Assembly: GCA_964347265.1 (NCBI GenBank) | Contig: CAYFXV010000001.1 | Coordinates: 115,876 to 179,875, forward strand | Source: an uncultured archaeon | Lineage (GTDB): Archaea; Aenigmatarchaeota; Aenigmatarchaeia; Aenigmatarchaeales; Aenigmatarchaeaceae | Reading direction: 5' to 3' | Length of the DNA: 64,000 nucleotides | Part shown: piece after piece, positions 30,506-39,472 of the stretch | Position numbering within the stretch: position 1 is the first letter of the stretch | How the letters are laid out: every line of letters begins with the position of its first letter | The notes under the pieces: generated by a model | Database searches by the model: none | What the model was told of the DNA's origin: nothing | What the model saw: the letters and a program-made list of their open reading frames with translations, nothing else | Translations under genes and position numbers: made by a program

Positions 30506-32241
30506 AGAATAAAAAGAAGAATAAAAAAAATAAAAAAAAGAGAAAGCGAGAAAGCGAGAAGGACATAAAAGATATGTTGCTTCACTTAGAAGATGAATAT
30601 AGAAAAGCAAGTATTTCAGAAAAAGATTATAAGGAGCTAAAAGAAAAATATTCAAAGAGACTTAATAAGATGAACAACGTGGCTAAGAAAGATCCTCCTA
30701 AAGAAAAGAAGAAAGATACATTAGAAGTCGGAGAAATAGAAGAAGTTACGCCAGAAGTAATAGAAAAACTAGCAACGCAACTAAGTGAGCAGCCTGAAGT
30801 TGAAGAAGAAGTGAAAGAAAAAAAACCAGGTTTCTTTGGTAGATTGTTTGGGGGAAAGAAAAAGGGGAAGAAAGTCGAAGAGATTGAAACTACCACAGCA
30901 CAAGAAACTTCAGCTCCACCGACTTTTGAAGAATCAATGGATGAACCTCAAACATTAAGAGAGCCTTCAGAAGTTTATCAAACTTCTCAACCTTCACCTC
31001 GTTTTCCTGAATTAAACAAAAAAATTGGGTTGTTTGAAGTAGAAGTCGAGAAAGTAAAAGCAATGTTAGAAGCTGTAAAGGAAACTGGTCATGTTACAGA
31101 TGAAAGTATACAAGCGATTTCTGAAAGTATTGGAGAATTGAGATCTTTAATATTCCAAACTGATGCTAGTTTAAAAGAAACTATGGTGAAAATGGAAAAA
31201 ATAGAAGATGAGATTTCTGAAGTTAAACCTAAAGAGATTGTAAAAAAATTTAGAGTATTCGATACAAAAATTGAAAAAGATGACTTAGAAATTGAAAAAC
31301 TTCAGAAAAAATCAGAAAGTGCTAATGAAAAATTAAATAAAATGTATGAGATGCTTAAAAGTATAGATGGTATAGAAAATCTAGTTAATGTAAACGAAAA
31401 AATACAAGAAAAATTAAAAGAGGTTGAGGAAGCTGTAAAATATATAGGGAGGATAGGAGCTAAAACAGAGAAACAGTTTATGGATTTGAGTAGGGGTTTA
31501 GAAGATTTGGTTCTATTCAAAGCTAAACAAGAAGATTTTGATGAAGGTTTAAAAGACATAATGAAATCTATTGATGCTCTAAATGTTAAATTTGAAAGTT
31601 ATGTTAGTAAAAAGGATTTGGGTGTTTTTAGAGAGGATATATTAATAATTAAGAAACAATTAGAAAACATAAATAAAATTTTGCCATTAGCAGAAGTTAA
31701 ATTGCCTGAAAACATAATTGATTTGAGAAAAGAAAGGGAAGACATATTGTTGCTTCTTGATTCTCTTCAAGAACAATATGAAAACAAAAAAATTACTAGA
31801 GCTGAATATAAAAACTTCAAAGAAGGTAATGAGACGAGATTAAAAGAAATTGAAAAGCAATTGGCAAGTGAATGGAAAAAAATTGAAAGGATTATAAAAG
31901 TTTCTGGGAAAGAAAAGTCAGTTGAACAAGCACCAGAACAAGCAAAAGAAATTGAAACTAAAGAAGAGAGAATAACAGAACTTAAAACTAGCGGAAAAAA
32001 AGGAGAGGAGATGAAAGAAGAGATTGAAAAAATTGAACCAGAAGAGAAGGAAAAGGAAGAAGAACCTGAATTAGAAGAGATGAAAAAAGAGGAAGAAGAA
32101 ATTAAACCTGAAGAAAAAGCTGGGAAAGTTAAAAAAGAGGTAAAGAAAAAGGTAAATTTGAAGAAAAAAATTAAGAAAACGAAAAAAAAGAAAAAAGAAT
32201 CAGAAAAATCAAAAATTTTAAGTGAAATTAAAAAAATGTAA
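30502..32241 (+). CDS. Highly charged K/E-rich coiled-coil protein with basic poly-Lys N- and C-termini, function unknown; start overlaps the giant gene stop (ATGA)
   Basis: 579-aa ORF. The ATG at 30502 overlaps the TGA at 30503–30505. The N-terminus KNKKKNKKNKKKRKR and the C-terminus KKKIKKTKKKKK are basic. There is a long heptad-like E/K/L/I-rich stretch and no TM segment. Confidence 0.6.
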   Translation: MKNKKKNKKNKKKRKRESEKDIKDMLLHLEDEYRKASISEKDYKELKEKYSKRLNKMNNVAKKDPPKEKKKDTLEVGEIEEVTPEVIEKLATQLSEQPEVEEEVKEKKPGFFGRLFGGKKKGKKVEEIETTTAQETSAPPTFEESMDEPQTLREPSEVYQTSQPSPRFPELNKKIGLFEVEVEKVKAMLEAVKETGHVTDESIQAISESIGELRSLIFQTDASLKETMVKMEKIEDEISEVKPKEIVKKFRVFDTKIEKDDLEIEKLQKKSESANEKLNKMYEMLKSIDGIENLVNVNEKIQEKLKEVEEAVKYIGRIGAKTEKQFMDLSRGLEDLVLFKAKQEDFDEGLKDIMKSIDALNVKFESYVSKKDLGVFREDILIIKKQLENINKILPLAEVKLPENIIDLRKEREDILLLLDSLQEQYENKKITRAEYKNFKEGNETRLKEIEKQLASEWKKIERIIKVSGKEKSVEQAPEQAKEIETKEERITELKTSGKKGEEMKEEIEKIEPEEKEKEEEPELEEMKKEEEEIKPEEKAGKVKKEVKKKVNLKKKIKKTKKKKKESEKSKILSEIKKM

Positions 32242-32287
32242 ATAAAGTAGACAAATCTTTAATAATTAATTAAGGAGAATCTTTATT

Positions 32288-32725
32288 ATGGCAAAAATAA
32301 TTAAGTTAGAAAATGTACAAAAAAATACAAAGAAATTCTATGAAATTTGTTCTGACATAAGTGTTTTACAAAGAGAACTAGATCAAATGTTGACTGCTAT
32401 AGAAAAAAATTCTGTAGATTTTGAAAAAGGAAAAATTTCAAGAGAATTATTTAAATACAATGACGATAGAATGAAAAAAGAAAGTGCAAAAATAATTAAA
32501 AAAATTAATAGTTTTGCCGACTTGGGAATTGCTTTGATTAATAAAGTTAATAAAGAAATTGCATCTCAAAAAACAGAAACAAAAGAAAAGCAAGGAAAGA
32601 AAAAAATAAAAGAGATAAAGAAAAGTTTAGAAGAAAAGAAACCTAAAACTGTAAAGAAAAAGAAAGAAACAACTCCCAGTCCGCCACCAGTACAGACGCC
32701 TCCAGAAACATCTCCTGCTCAATAA
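32288..32725 (+). CDS. Small lysine-rich hypothetical protein with a Pro-rich C-terminus (PSPPPVQTPPETSPAQ)
   Basis: 145-aa ORF. An SD-like AAGGAG sits ~10 nt upstream (32271–32276). Confidence 0.5.
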   Translation: MAKIIKLENVQKNTKKFYEICSDISVLQRELDQMLTAIEKNSVDFEKGKISRELFKYNDDRMKKESAKIIKKINSFADLGIALINKVNKEIASQKTETKEKQGKKKIKEIKKSLEEKKPKTVKKKKETTPSPPPVQTPPETSPAQ

Positions 32726-32745
32726 AATAGAATAAGGTAGTTAAA

Positions 32746-33042
32746 ATGGGGATAATAAAAAGAATAAATTTAAATTCAATTGAAGATAGTTTAGAAGAAA
32801 TAGCTGGTTTATCATTTCAAGCAAAGTTTTTTCAAGAACAGCAGAAAGTTATAATGGAGCAAATAAAACTCAATAAATCTAGTTTTTCTTCTGGTAGCAT
32901 TTCTAAATATGTTTACAATAAAAACAAAATTATCTTAGAAGATGAGGAAAAAAAAATGATTGGAAAGATAAATAAAACTATTAGTAAAATTCAGAGAGTC
33001 AATGATAATTTGCAAAAGATTATAAAAGAGTATAGAATTTAG
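32746..33042 (+). CDS. Hypothetical small protein
   Basis: 98-aa ORF in an operon-like run; no recognisable motifs. Confidence 0.4.
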   Translation: MGIIKRINLNSIEDSLEEIAGLSFQAKFFQEQQKVIMEQIKLNKSSFSSGSISKYVYNKNKIILEDEEKKMIGKINKTISKIQRVNDNLQKIIKEYRI

Positions 33043-33049
33043 TGAGAAT

Positions 33050-33532
33050 TTGAAAAAAACATTTTTGAGTATTGTATTAGTAAATATTATGATTTTTTTT
33101 GCTTTAATTGCTATTCATGAAATTAGTCATATCTTTGTGGGTTACTGTTTAGGTTGTGAATATGAAAAAGCTGTTCTCTTTGACAGTAATTTTAATGGTC
33201 CGCACACTGAACTTATTTGCAATAACAGTATAAATGAGTTTTTTGTTTATATTGGAGGTTTGATAATTACATCGATCTTTAGTTTAAGTTTTCTGTTAGT
33301 GAACACCATTGAAAAAAATATGTCTTTTCTATCATTAGGTGTCTCAATAATTTTAAGCTCTTTAGATATTAGTTTTGTTTTAAATTCACAAACAATATTT
33401 TATCCTTTGCTAATTCTTGGGTTTTTCTTCATTACACTTGGAGAGTATTTTTTGACTTCTTCTTATATTAAAGAAGGTTTTTCTTTCAATTTTTTAAAAA
33501 ATAAGAAGCTTCCATTAGAAGAGGAAATGTAG
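33050..33532 (+). CDS. Small polytopic membrane protein with an HExxH motif (HEISH) in its first predicted TM helix; candidate intramembrane zinc metalloprotease-like protein
   Basis: 160 aa with about four hydrophobic segments. IAIHEISHIFVGY carries HExxH. The start is TTG at 33050, or ATG at 33089. Confidence 0.45.
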   Translation: MKKTFLSIVLVNIMIFFALIAIHEISHIFVGYCLGCEYEKAVLFDSNFNGPHTELICNNSINEFFVYIGGLIITSIFSLSFLLVNTIEKNMSFLSLGVSIILSSLDISFVLNSQTIFYPLLILGFFFITLGEYFLTSSYIKEGFSFNFLKNKKLPLEEEM

Positions 33533-33568
33533 TTCAGCATATTTTAATATAACTTCTATAAATTTATT

Positions 33569-36500
33569 ATGGAAAAAGTAATGATTTTATTAGTTTTACT
33601 TATCTCGTTCGTATTAATTTCTAGCTTATACTTCTTGAATTTAACAAGACTTACAGGAATGTTTATCGGATTTGGACAACCACAAAGTGCTGAATGGTGG
33701 AATATTTCTTGGCAATATAGATTTAGATTTGAAATTAATTCCACTCAATATAATAGAACAGATTGGCCAATAGAACAACAAATAAATTTTACAGACTTAT
33801 TACCTTCTGGAACATTTGATATAAATTCTACCAGAGTTTTTGAATATTCTTCTGGCTCAATATTATATGAAATCCCAAGCCAATTTGAAGTAGATGAAAA
33901 TTATAATGCAACAAACAATGCAATAGGCACTTTAGTTTTTCTCATGAATGGAACAACTAATGCTAACACTAATAGAACTTTTTATGTTTATTATGATTCC
34001 ATAGAAAATGGTGCTAAAGAAAATCCAAATTATACAATTAATATTAACTATAATTGGGATGGAGAAGAAATTAATGTTAATAATTCATTCTTATCAATTA
34101 ACATTGATACCAATAGATCGGAAAATACTTCTGGTATTTACCGTGTTTATAGTGGTGAAGATTATTTGCTTGACGTAGCAGACGAATCTAATAGAACTGC
34201 AGAATATCTTGAATACTCTAATGGAACATATAATTTCAGTTTTGATTTGATAGGTAATGCTAGTTTCACAAATGGTTCTGTAAGACTTATAATAGAACAG
34301 GTGGGAGATGAAATTATATTTGGATATCCTAGCCAAAAGACAAATGAAGGTCAAATAATTAAAAGATATTATATATATGATAAAGCTGGGCCTCAGAGCC
34401 AAGGAATTTTTATTAAAATCTGGCAAAGATTTTCAAACAATGCAGGTTATTCTATAGATAGAAATTCTACTTTTTCGGGTGCTTTAGCATTTGATGTTGA
34501 AAGAACTTTTGATTCTGGCAATGTATATAGTCATGAATCTAATACAACAAATCCCTACTCTTGGTCTAGAACTACTGGTGGAACTACTGGAGCTTGGGAA
34601 ACTCTAGGTATAATTAATTTAAATCAAACCGGAACCTCAAACTACTTTGCCAATTATACTTCAGAGTGGGGTAGGGTAGGACTCCAACTTAATAATACTA
34701 CTATAACGTCTGGATCTTACATAGAACAAACTTCTGTGGTTTATCTTGCTCCTACTGGTGGAGGTTTGGCTATTGACGAATTTGAAAACATAAGAGACAG
34801 ATTCATTAATCCTATAAGTATTACTCAATATCTTCCAGAAGTATGGTATGTGGATATTGATCCATCAACAAATGAAACGATTTACAATAAAAATGAAACG
34901 ATTTTGATTACAGGTAATATTTCAGATGGAGATAGCTATAATCTTACAGAATATATGAATGCTACTCTAGATATGGGCACAATTGATAGTGGTGATGATC
35001 AAACAATAATTCTTTATGATGATGGAAATCATGAGGATGGAGCTGCCAATGATAGTGTTTTTGCTAATAGTTTTCAAATACCAAATAATGGTGAACTTGG
35101 TATATGGACAATAAACTTTACTACATATTCAAATAATTCAGAGTTTCTAAATTCAACAAATTATACTTTTAATGTAACTGATATTTTAAATGTTAGTGTG
35201 AATATAAACAACCCTACAGGATTAACAGGAAGAACAGTTTTTGCAAATATTAGTGTTAAAAATTATAGAACTGATATTTGGATTCCCGGATCTACTTTAA
35301 ATTGTAGTTACGATTCTACTGAAGTTACTAATAAAACTGATTGGGGAGATGGAAATTATTCTGTTAACTTTACTGCTCCTATTGAAGAAGGGGATTATAA
35401 CCTTAGTTGTAATGCAACATGGAACAATAATACGGGTAATGATACTGACAGTTTTATCACAGAATCTGCAAAAATTAATGTAAGTATAACTGCTCAACCA
35501 TCTAATTTTACGTTAAATAATGTTGGATTATATGAAAATGAAAGTTTTGTAACTGCAATTAATGCTACAAATTTAGGAAATGGTACTGCATATAATTCTA
35601 ACATAAGTTTAAATCTTTTAGGTGGATGGGATGCAAATGAAACAATTGAACAGTGTGGAAATATAAACAAGACTGAATTCTGTATAAAGGGCTTTAATAT
35701 TACAGCGCCCAATGCAACTAGTCCTGGGAATTATTATATAAATGTTAGTGTGAATTGGACTAATCCTGACGATAGTTTTGGAACGAATCAAACTACTTTA
35801 AATGTAACTATTTCTTCGAATCCAAAAGTCAATGTATCTGAAGAAACTTTAACAGCAGAAGCCGGTGATGGAGTAAATATTTATGTTTTTAATTTCACTG
35901 TCATATCCATAGGTAATGATGCACTACAAAATATTACATTTAACTGTTCTGAAGGCGATGTTTGTAATAATTTTGTTGTTAATTTTACTCCACAGAATAT
36001 TTCAAGTTTAAATGTAGATGAGAATTATTCTGTAGCTGTAAATGTGACAGTACCGTTAGGATATACTGTTGGTACTTATAATGGTACTGTTAATGTATCT
36101 GCTGAGAATGATGATTATAAGAATTTGACTTTGAATATAAGTGTAGCTGCAAAAACTAATGCCAGCATAACGTTTGACCCTTCAAATTATACTTCACAAA
36201 ATTTAACTCAGCTTGCTAATGAAAGTTTTATTCTTAATATTACTATTATGGATATAAGTAATGGAAGTGCGAGATATACAAACATAAGTTTAAATGTTCC
36301 TTCTAATTTATCATCAAACTCAACATTCGAAAATTGTAATAATTTAACAAAAGGTGAAGTTTGTCTTAAAGCTTTCAATATAACAATACTAAAGGGGGCT
36401 AATCCTGGAAATTATTATATAAATGTTAGTGTGAATTGGACTAATCCTGATAATAGTTTGGGAGTGAATCAAACTAGTTTTAATGTTACAGTAGAGAGCA

Positions 36501-39463
36501 ATCCTTTGGTTAATGTAAGTGAGACTGTTTTATCACAAAATGTTAGCGATGCTACAAATGTTTATATAGGAAACTTTACTGTCTTATCCATAGGTATTGG
36601 TGCACTACAAAATATTACATTTAACTGTTCTGAAGGCGATGTTTGCAATAATTTTGTTATTAATTTCACGCCACAAAACATTTCAACTCTAGACATGAAT
36701 GAAAATTATTCTGTAGCTGTAAATGTGACAGTACCGTTAGGATATACTGTTGGTACTTATAATGGTACTGTTAATGTATCTGCTGAGAATGATGATTATA
36801 AGAATTTGACTTTGAATATAACAGTACCTTCTAACAGAACTTGGACAATGATTCCATCATCATGCGATAAAAGTGAAAGTTCTGATGAAGGAACTGTTTG
36901 TGAAGTATTAGTAAGAAACTTAGGAAATGATATAATAAACTTTACAATAACACCCGAAGAAGGCAACTATACAAAAGTTAATGTAACTAACTTTTCAATA
37001 AGTGATTGGACAAACTATACTTTTAATGTAACTTACAATATAACTCCTGTTGGTCAAGGTGTTTATAATTCTATCTTTATTGTAGATGCTAACCAAACAA
37101 ACGCCAATCCTGACAATATGACCTTGAATGTAACTCTTTATCCCTTTTTAGCACCTTTAATTAACTTTACAGTAACACCAAATTTAACTGAACAAAATAG
37201 TTCTATATTAATTTTAGCTAATGTAACAGAAAGATCTGGAACTGGCATACAATGGGTTAACATAACTGTTATTAAGCCAGATGAATCAACTAATGAAACA
37301 AACATGACTCTAATTAATTTGAACGGTAGTTTTTCTCAATGGAACTTTACTTACCCTGATTATGGTTTAGGAAACACTACTCTTAGAGGTAATTACAGTG
37401 TAAGAATAACAGCAATAGACAACATAGGCAATATTGATAATTCAACTAAAAACTTTTCAATTCATTCAAAACTTTTAATAACGTCTGCAACATTATCAGG
37501 TACTTATTTGCAAGGAGATAGTGGTTCTATATACCATATAGTAAAAAATGATAGTGGAATTGGTGTAAGTGGAATCAATGTAACATTTACTATAAGAGAT
37601 TCTAATAATAATGTTACATATTCTGCAACAGGACAAACAGATAGTGAAGGAACAATTTATCCATTACCTACTTTTTCTTTAGCGTCTGATGCTCCTACAG
37701 GTACTTACACTTTATTCTCAAACTCTACTTACTTTGATGATGCTTTAAATCATAGCATAGTATTTCAAAGGAATAGCACGTTCCTAGTTAATGCAAGGAC
37801 AATAACTGTTACTGGTTTGTTTGCTGATATAGAAACTGCTGTTACTTGGTATCCAAATAATATAATGAGATTTGGAATTTTAATTTACAATGGAGAAGGC
37901 AGACCTGTAGATCCTGATGACATGAATTTAACTGTTTACGATCCTGCTGACAATGTTTACTTTTTTACTGGTTTGTCTAATATGATAAAAGAGGCAACTG
38001 GATTCTATACTTATTCATATGCTATGGGAGCTGGCACTGCTACTGGCATGTATTTAGCTGTATTAAATGTATCACAGGATACTTTTGAGACAAAGAAACT
38101 AAAAGCCTTTAGAGTTTCTCAAGGAGGACCATATGATGTTGAAATAGTTTTATTTGAAAATGAGGTACCACAAGGCGATTATCTAGATTTTGCAATAAAT
38201 GTTGAAAACAAAGGAGAGGTCGGTCAAGATGTTTCTATTAATTTTTGGGTTTCTGATGCCAATAATGTGACTTATTATAATTATTCACATGACGTATATA
38301 CACCAGCAGTTAGCAATCAAAGTGTTACAGAACAGGCATTTATTTATTCTGATCAGCCTCTTGGTAATTATTATCTAAATGTGAAAGTAAGTTATTCTAC
38401 TATACAACCTCCTATTATTGCATATACAAGTTTTGTAGTAGTGACAGGAGAAGGTTTTATTTTTCCACCTCCATTACCTCCTCCACCCCCAATATATTAC
38501 TATGGACCTGTTGGAGGTTTTGTAACAACATACCCACCAGAACCAACTGCAAAAATAAGAGCAAGTATTATAATAACAAACTATAAAACTAACATAAGTT
38601 TAGCTAGAGGTTTTACTAAAATAGAGAGCGTAACTGTTAAAAACAATGGAATATCTAATTTAACTAATGTAAGTCTTTTCGTAATAGGAGTACCAACTAA
38701 TTGGTTTAACATAACTCCAGAAAAATATGCAGAACTTGAACCAGATAATTCTTCAATCTTCTTAATCGAGTTTAACATTCCTAAAAATACTAAAGTAGAT
38801 GAATACGATGCAAACATAATAGCAAGTTCTGGTGTTGTTACTGATCAAAAGGCAATTAAAATAACGATTTTTGAAAGTTTAGAGGATTTGATAAGAGATG
38901 ATATCAGAAAACTGAAAAGAGATTTAGAGGATTTAAAAGTCGATACTAGAATAGCAGAAATGGAAGGTAAGAATGTTTCAGCTGTTCTTTTAGTTATTAA
39001 TGAGACTGAGAATCAAATTTATGGGGCTGAAATTGACCTTGAAAACAATGATACAGAAGCTGCTATGGATAAAATTCAAAACGCTATTGATCTGATTAAA
39101 AAAGCTAGAGACCTATTAGAAGGTTTAAAGGTTGAAAAAGTTCCTGAAATTTTCCCGATTTGGATAATTTTTGTTATTTTAATTATAATAGCTGCAATCG
39201 TGTTCATTATTATGTATTTGTGGAAGAAAAAGAAATTAGAAAAAATAAGACCTTATATAATACCATTAAGTAAACTTGTAAAAACTGTTAAAAGAAGGAA
39301 AGTTAGTATAGAAAAATTAAAAGGGGAAAGGGATAAAATAAATAGAATGCTAAGAGTCTTAGAAAGGGAGAAAAGACAAGGAATAATAAGTGCTAGAACG
39401 TATGAAAAAATGAAGAAAAGTTTAGAAGAAAAACTAGAAAAAATTGAGAAAAAACTGGAATAA
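33569..39463 (+). CDS. Large (1964 aa) type-I membrane-anchored, sequon-rich surface protein with internal tandem repeats, a poly-Pro segment, a C-terminal TM helix and a charged coiled-coil tail
   Basis: N-terminal signal/anchor MEKVMILLVLLISFVLISSLYFL. N-x-S/T is abundant. PPLPPPPPIYYYGP occurs. TM helix IFPIWIIFVILIIIAAIVFIIMYLW is followed by KKKKLEK and K/E-rich heptads. Confidence 0.8.
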   Translation: MEKVMILLVLLISFVLISSLYFLNLTRLTGMFIGFGQPQSAEWWNISWQYRFRFEINSTQYNRTDWPIEQQINFTDLLPSGTFDINSTRVFEYSSGSILYEIPSQFEVDENYNATNNAIGTLVFLMNGTTNANTNRTFYVYYDSIENGAKENPNYTININYNWDGEEINVNNSFLSINIDTNRSENTSGIYRVYSGEDYLLDVADESNRTAEYLEYSNGTYNFSFDLIGNASFTNGSVRLIIEQVGDEIIFGYPSQKTNEGQIIKRYYIYDKAGPQSQGIFIKIWQRFSNNAGYSIDRNSTFSGALAFDVERTFDSGNVYSHESNTTNPYSWSRTTGGTTGAWETLGIINLNQTGTSNYFANYTSEWGRVGLQLNNTTITSGSYIEQTSVVYLAPTGGGLAIDEFENIRDRFINPISITQYLPEVWYVDIDPSTNETIYNKNETILITGNISDGDSYNLTEYMNATLDMGTIDSGDDQTIILYDDGNHEDGAANDSVFANSFQIPNNGELGIWTINFTTYSNNSEFLNSTNYTFNVTDILNVSVNINNPTGLTGRTVFANISVKNYRTDIWIPGSTLNCSYDSTEVTNKTDWGDGNYSVNFTAPIEEGDYNLSCNATWNNNTGNDTDSFITESAKINVSITAQPSNFTLNNVGLYENESFVTAINATNLGNGTAYNSNISLNLLGGWDANETIEQCGNINKTEFCIKGFNITAPNATSPGNYYINVSVNWTNPDDSFGTNQTTLNVTISSNPKVNVSEETLTAEAGDGVNIYVFNFTVISIGNDALQNITFNCSEGDVCNNFVVNFTPQNISSLNVDENYSVAVNVTVPLGYTVGTYNGTVNVSAENDDYKNLTLNISVAAKTNASITFDPSNYTSQNLTQLANESFILNITIMDISNGSARYTNISLNVPSNLSSNSTFENCNNLTKGEVCLKAFNITILKGANPGNYYINVSVNWTNPDNSLGVNQTSFNVTVESNPLVNVSETVLSQNVSDATNVYIGNFTVLSIGIGALQNITFNCSEGDVCNNFVINFTPQNISTLDMNENYSVAVNVTVPLGYTVGTYNGTVNVSAENDDYKNLTLNITVPSNRTWTMIPSSCDKSESSDEGTVCEVLVRNLGNDIINFTITPEEGNYTKVNVTNFSISDWTNYTFNVTYNITPVGQGVYNSIFIVDANQTNANPDNMTLNVTLYPFLAPLINFTVTPNLTEQNSSILILANVTERSGTGIQWVNITVIKPDESTNETNMTLINLNGSFSQWNFTYPDYGLGNTTLRGNYSVRITAIDNIGNIDNSTKNFSIHSKLLITSATLSGTYLQGDSGSIYHIVKNDSGIGVSGINVTFTIRDSNNNVTYSATGQTDSEGTIYPLPTFSLASDAPTGTYTLFSNSTYFDDALNHSIVFQRNSTFLVNARTITVTGLFADIETAVTWYPNNIMRFGILIYNGEGRPVDPDDMNLTVYDPADNVYFFTGLSNMIKEATGFYTYSYAMGAGTATGMYLAVLNVSQDTFETKKLKAFRVSQGGPYDVEIVLFENEVPQGDYLDFAINVENKGEVGQDVSINFWVSDANNVTYYNYSHDVYTPAVSNQSVTEQAFIYSDQPLGNYYLNVKVSYSTIQPPIIAYTSFVVVTGEGFIFPPPLPPPPPIYYYGPVGGFVTTYPPEPTAKIRASIIITNYKTNISLARGFTKIESVTVKNNGISNLTNVSLFVIGVPTNWFNITPEKYAELEPDNSSIFLIEFNIPKNTKVDEYDANIIASSGVVTDQKAIKITIFESLEDLIRDDIRKLKRDLEDLKVDTRIAEMEGKNVSAVLLVINETENQIYGAEIDLENNDTEAAMDKIQNAIDLIKKARDLLEGLKVEKVPEIFPIWIIFVILIIIAAIVFIIMYLWKKKKLEKIRPYIIPLSKLVKTVKRRKVSIEKLKGERDKINRMLRVLEREKRQGIISARTYEKMKKSLEEKLEKIEKKLE
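35470..36835 (+). repeat. Internal tandem repeat of ~227 codons (681 bp) within the 1964-aa gene
   Basis: PGNYYINVSVNWTNPD...NITFNCSEGDVCNNFV.NFTPQNIS...YSVAVNVTVPLGYTVGTYNGTVNVSAENDDYKNLTLNI occurs twice. cctggGaattatt at 35723 matches cctggAaattatt at 36404. Confidence 0.75.
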
Positions 39464-39472
39464 TTAATAGTT

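Noticed and set aside
30505-30560. Poly-A / GAGAAAGCGAGAAAGCGAGAA tract as a programmed frameshift or slippery site
   Set aside because: It simply encodes the Lys/Arg/Glu-rich N-terminus (KNKKKNKKNKKKRKRESEKD) of the next protein in a continuous frame, so no frameshift is needed.
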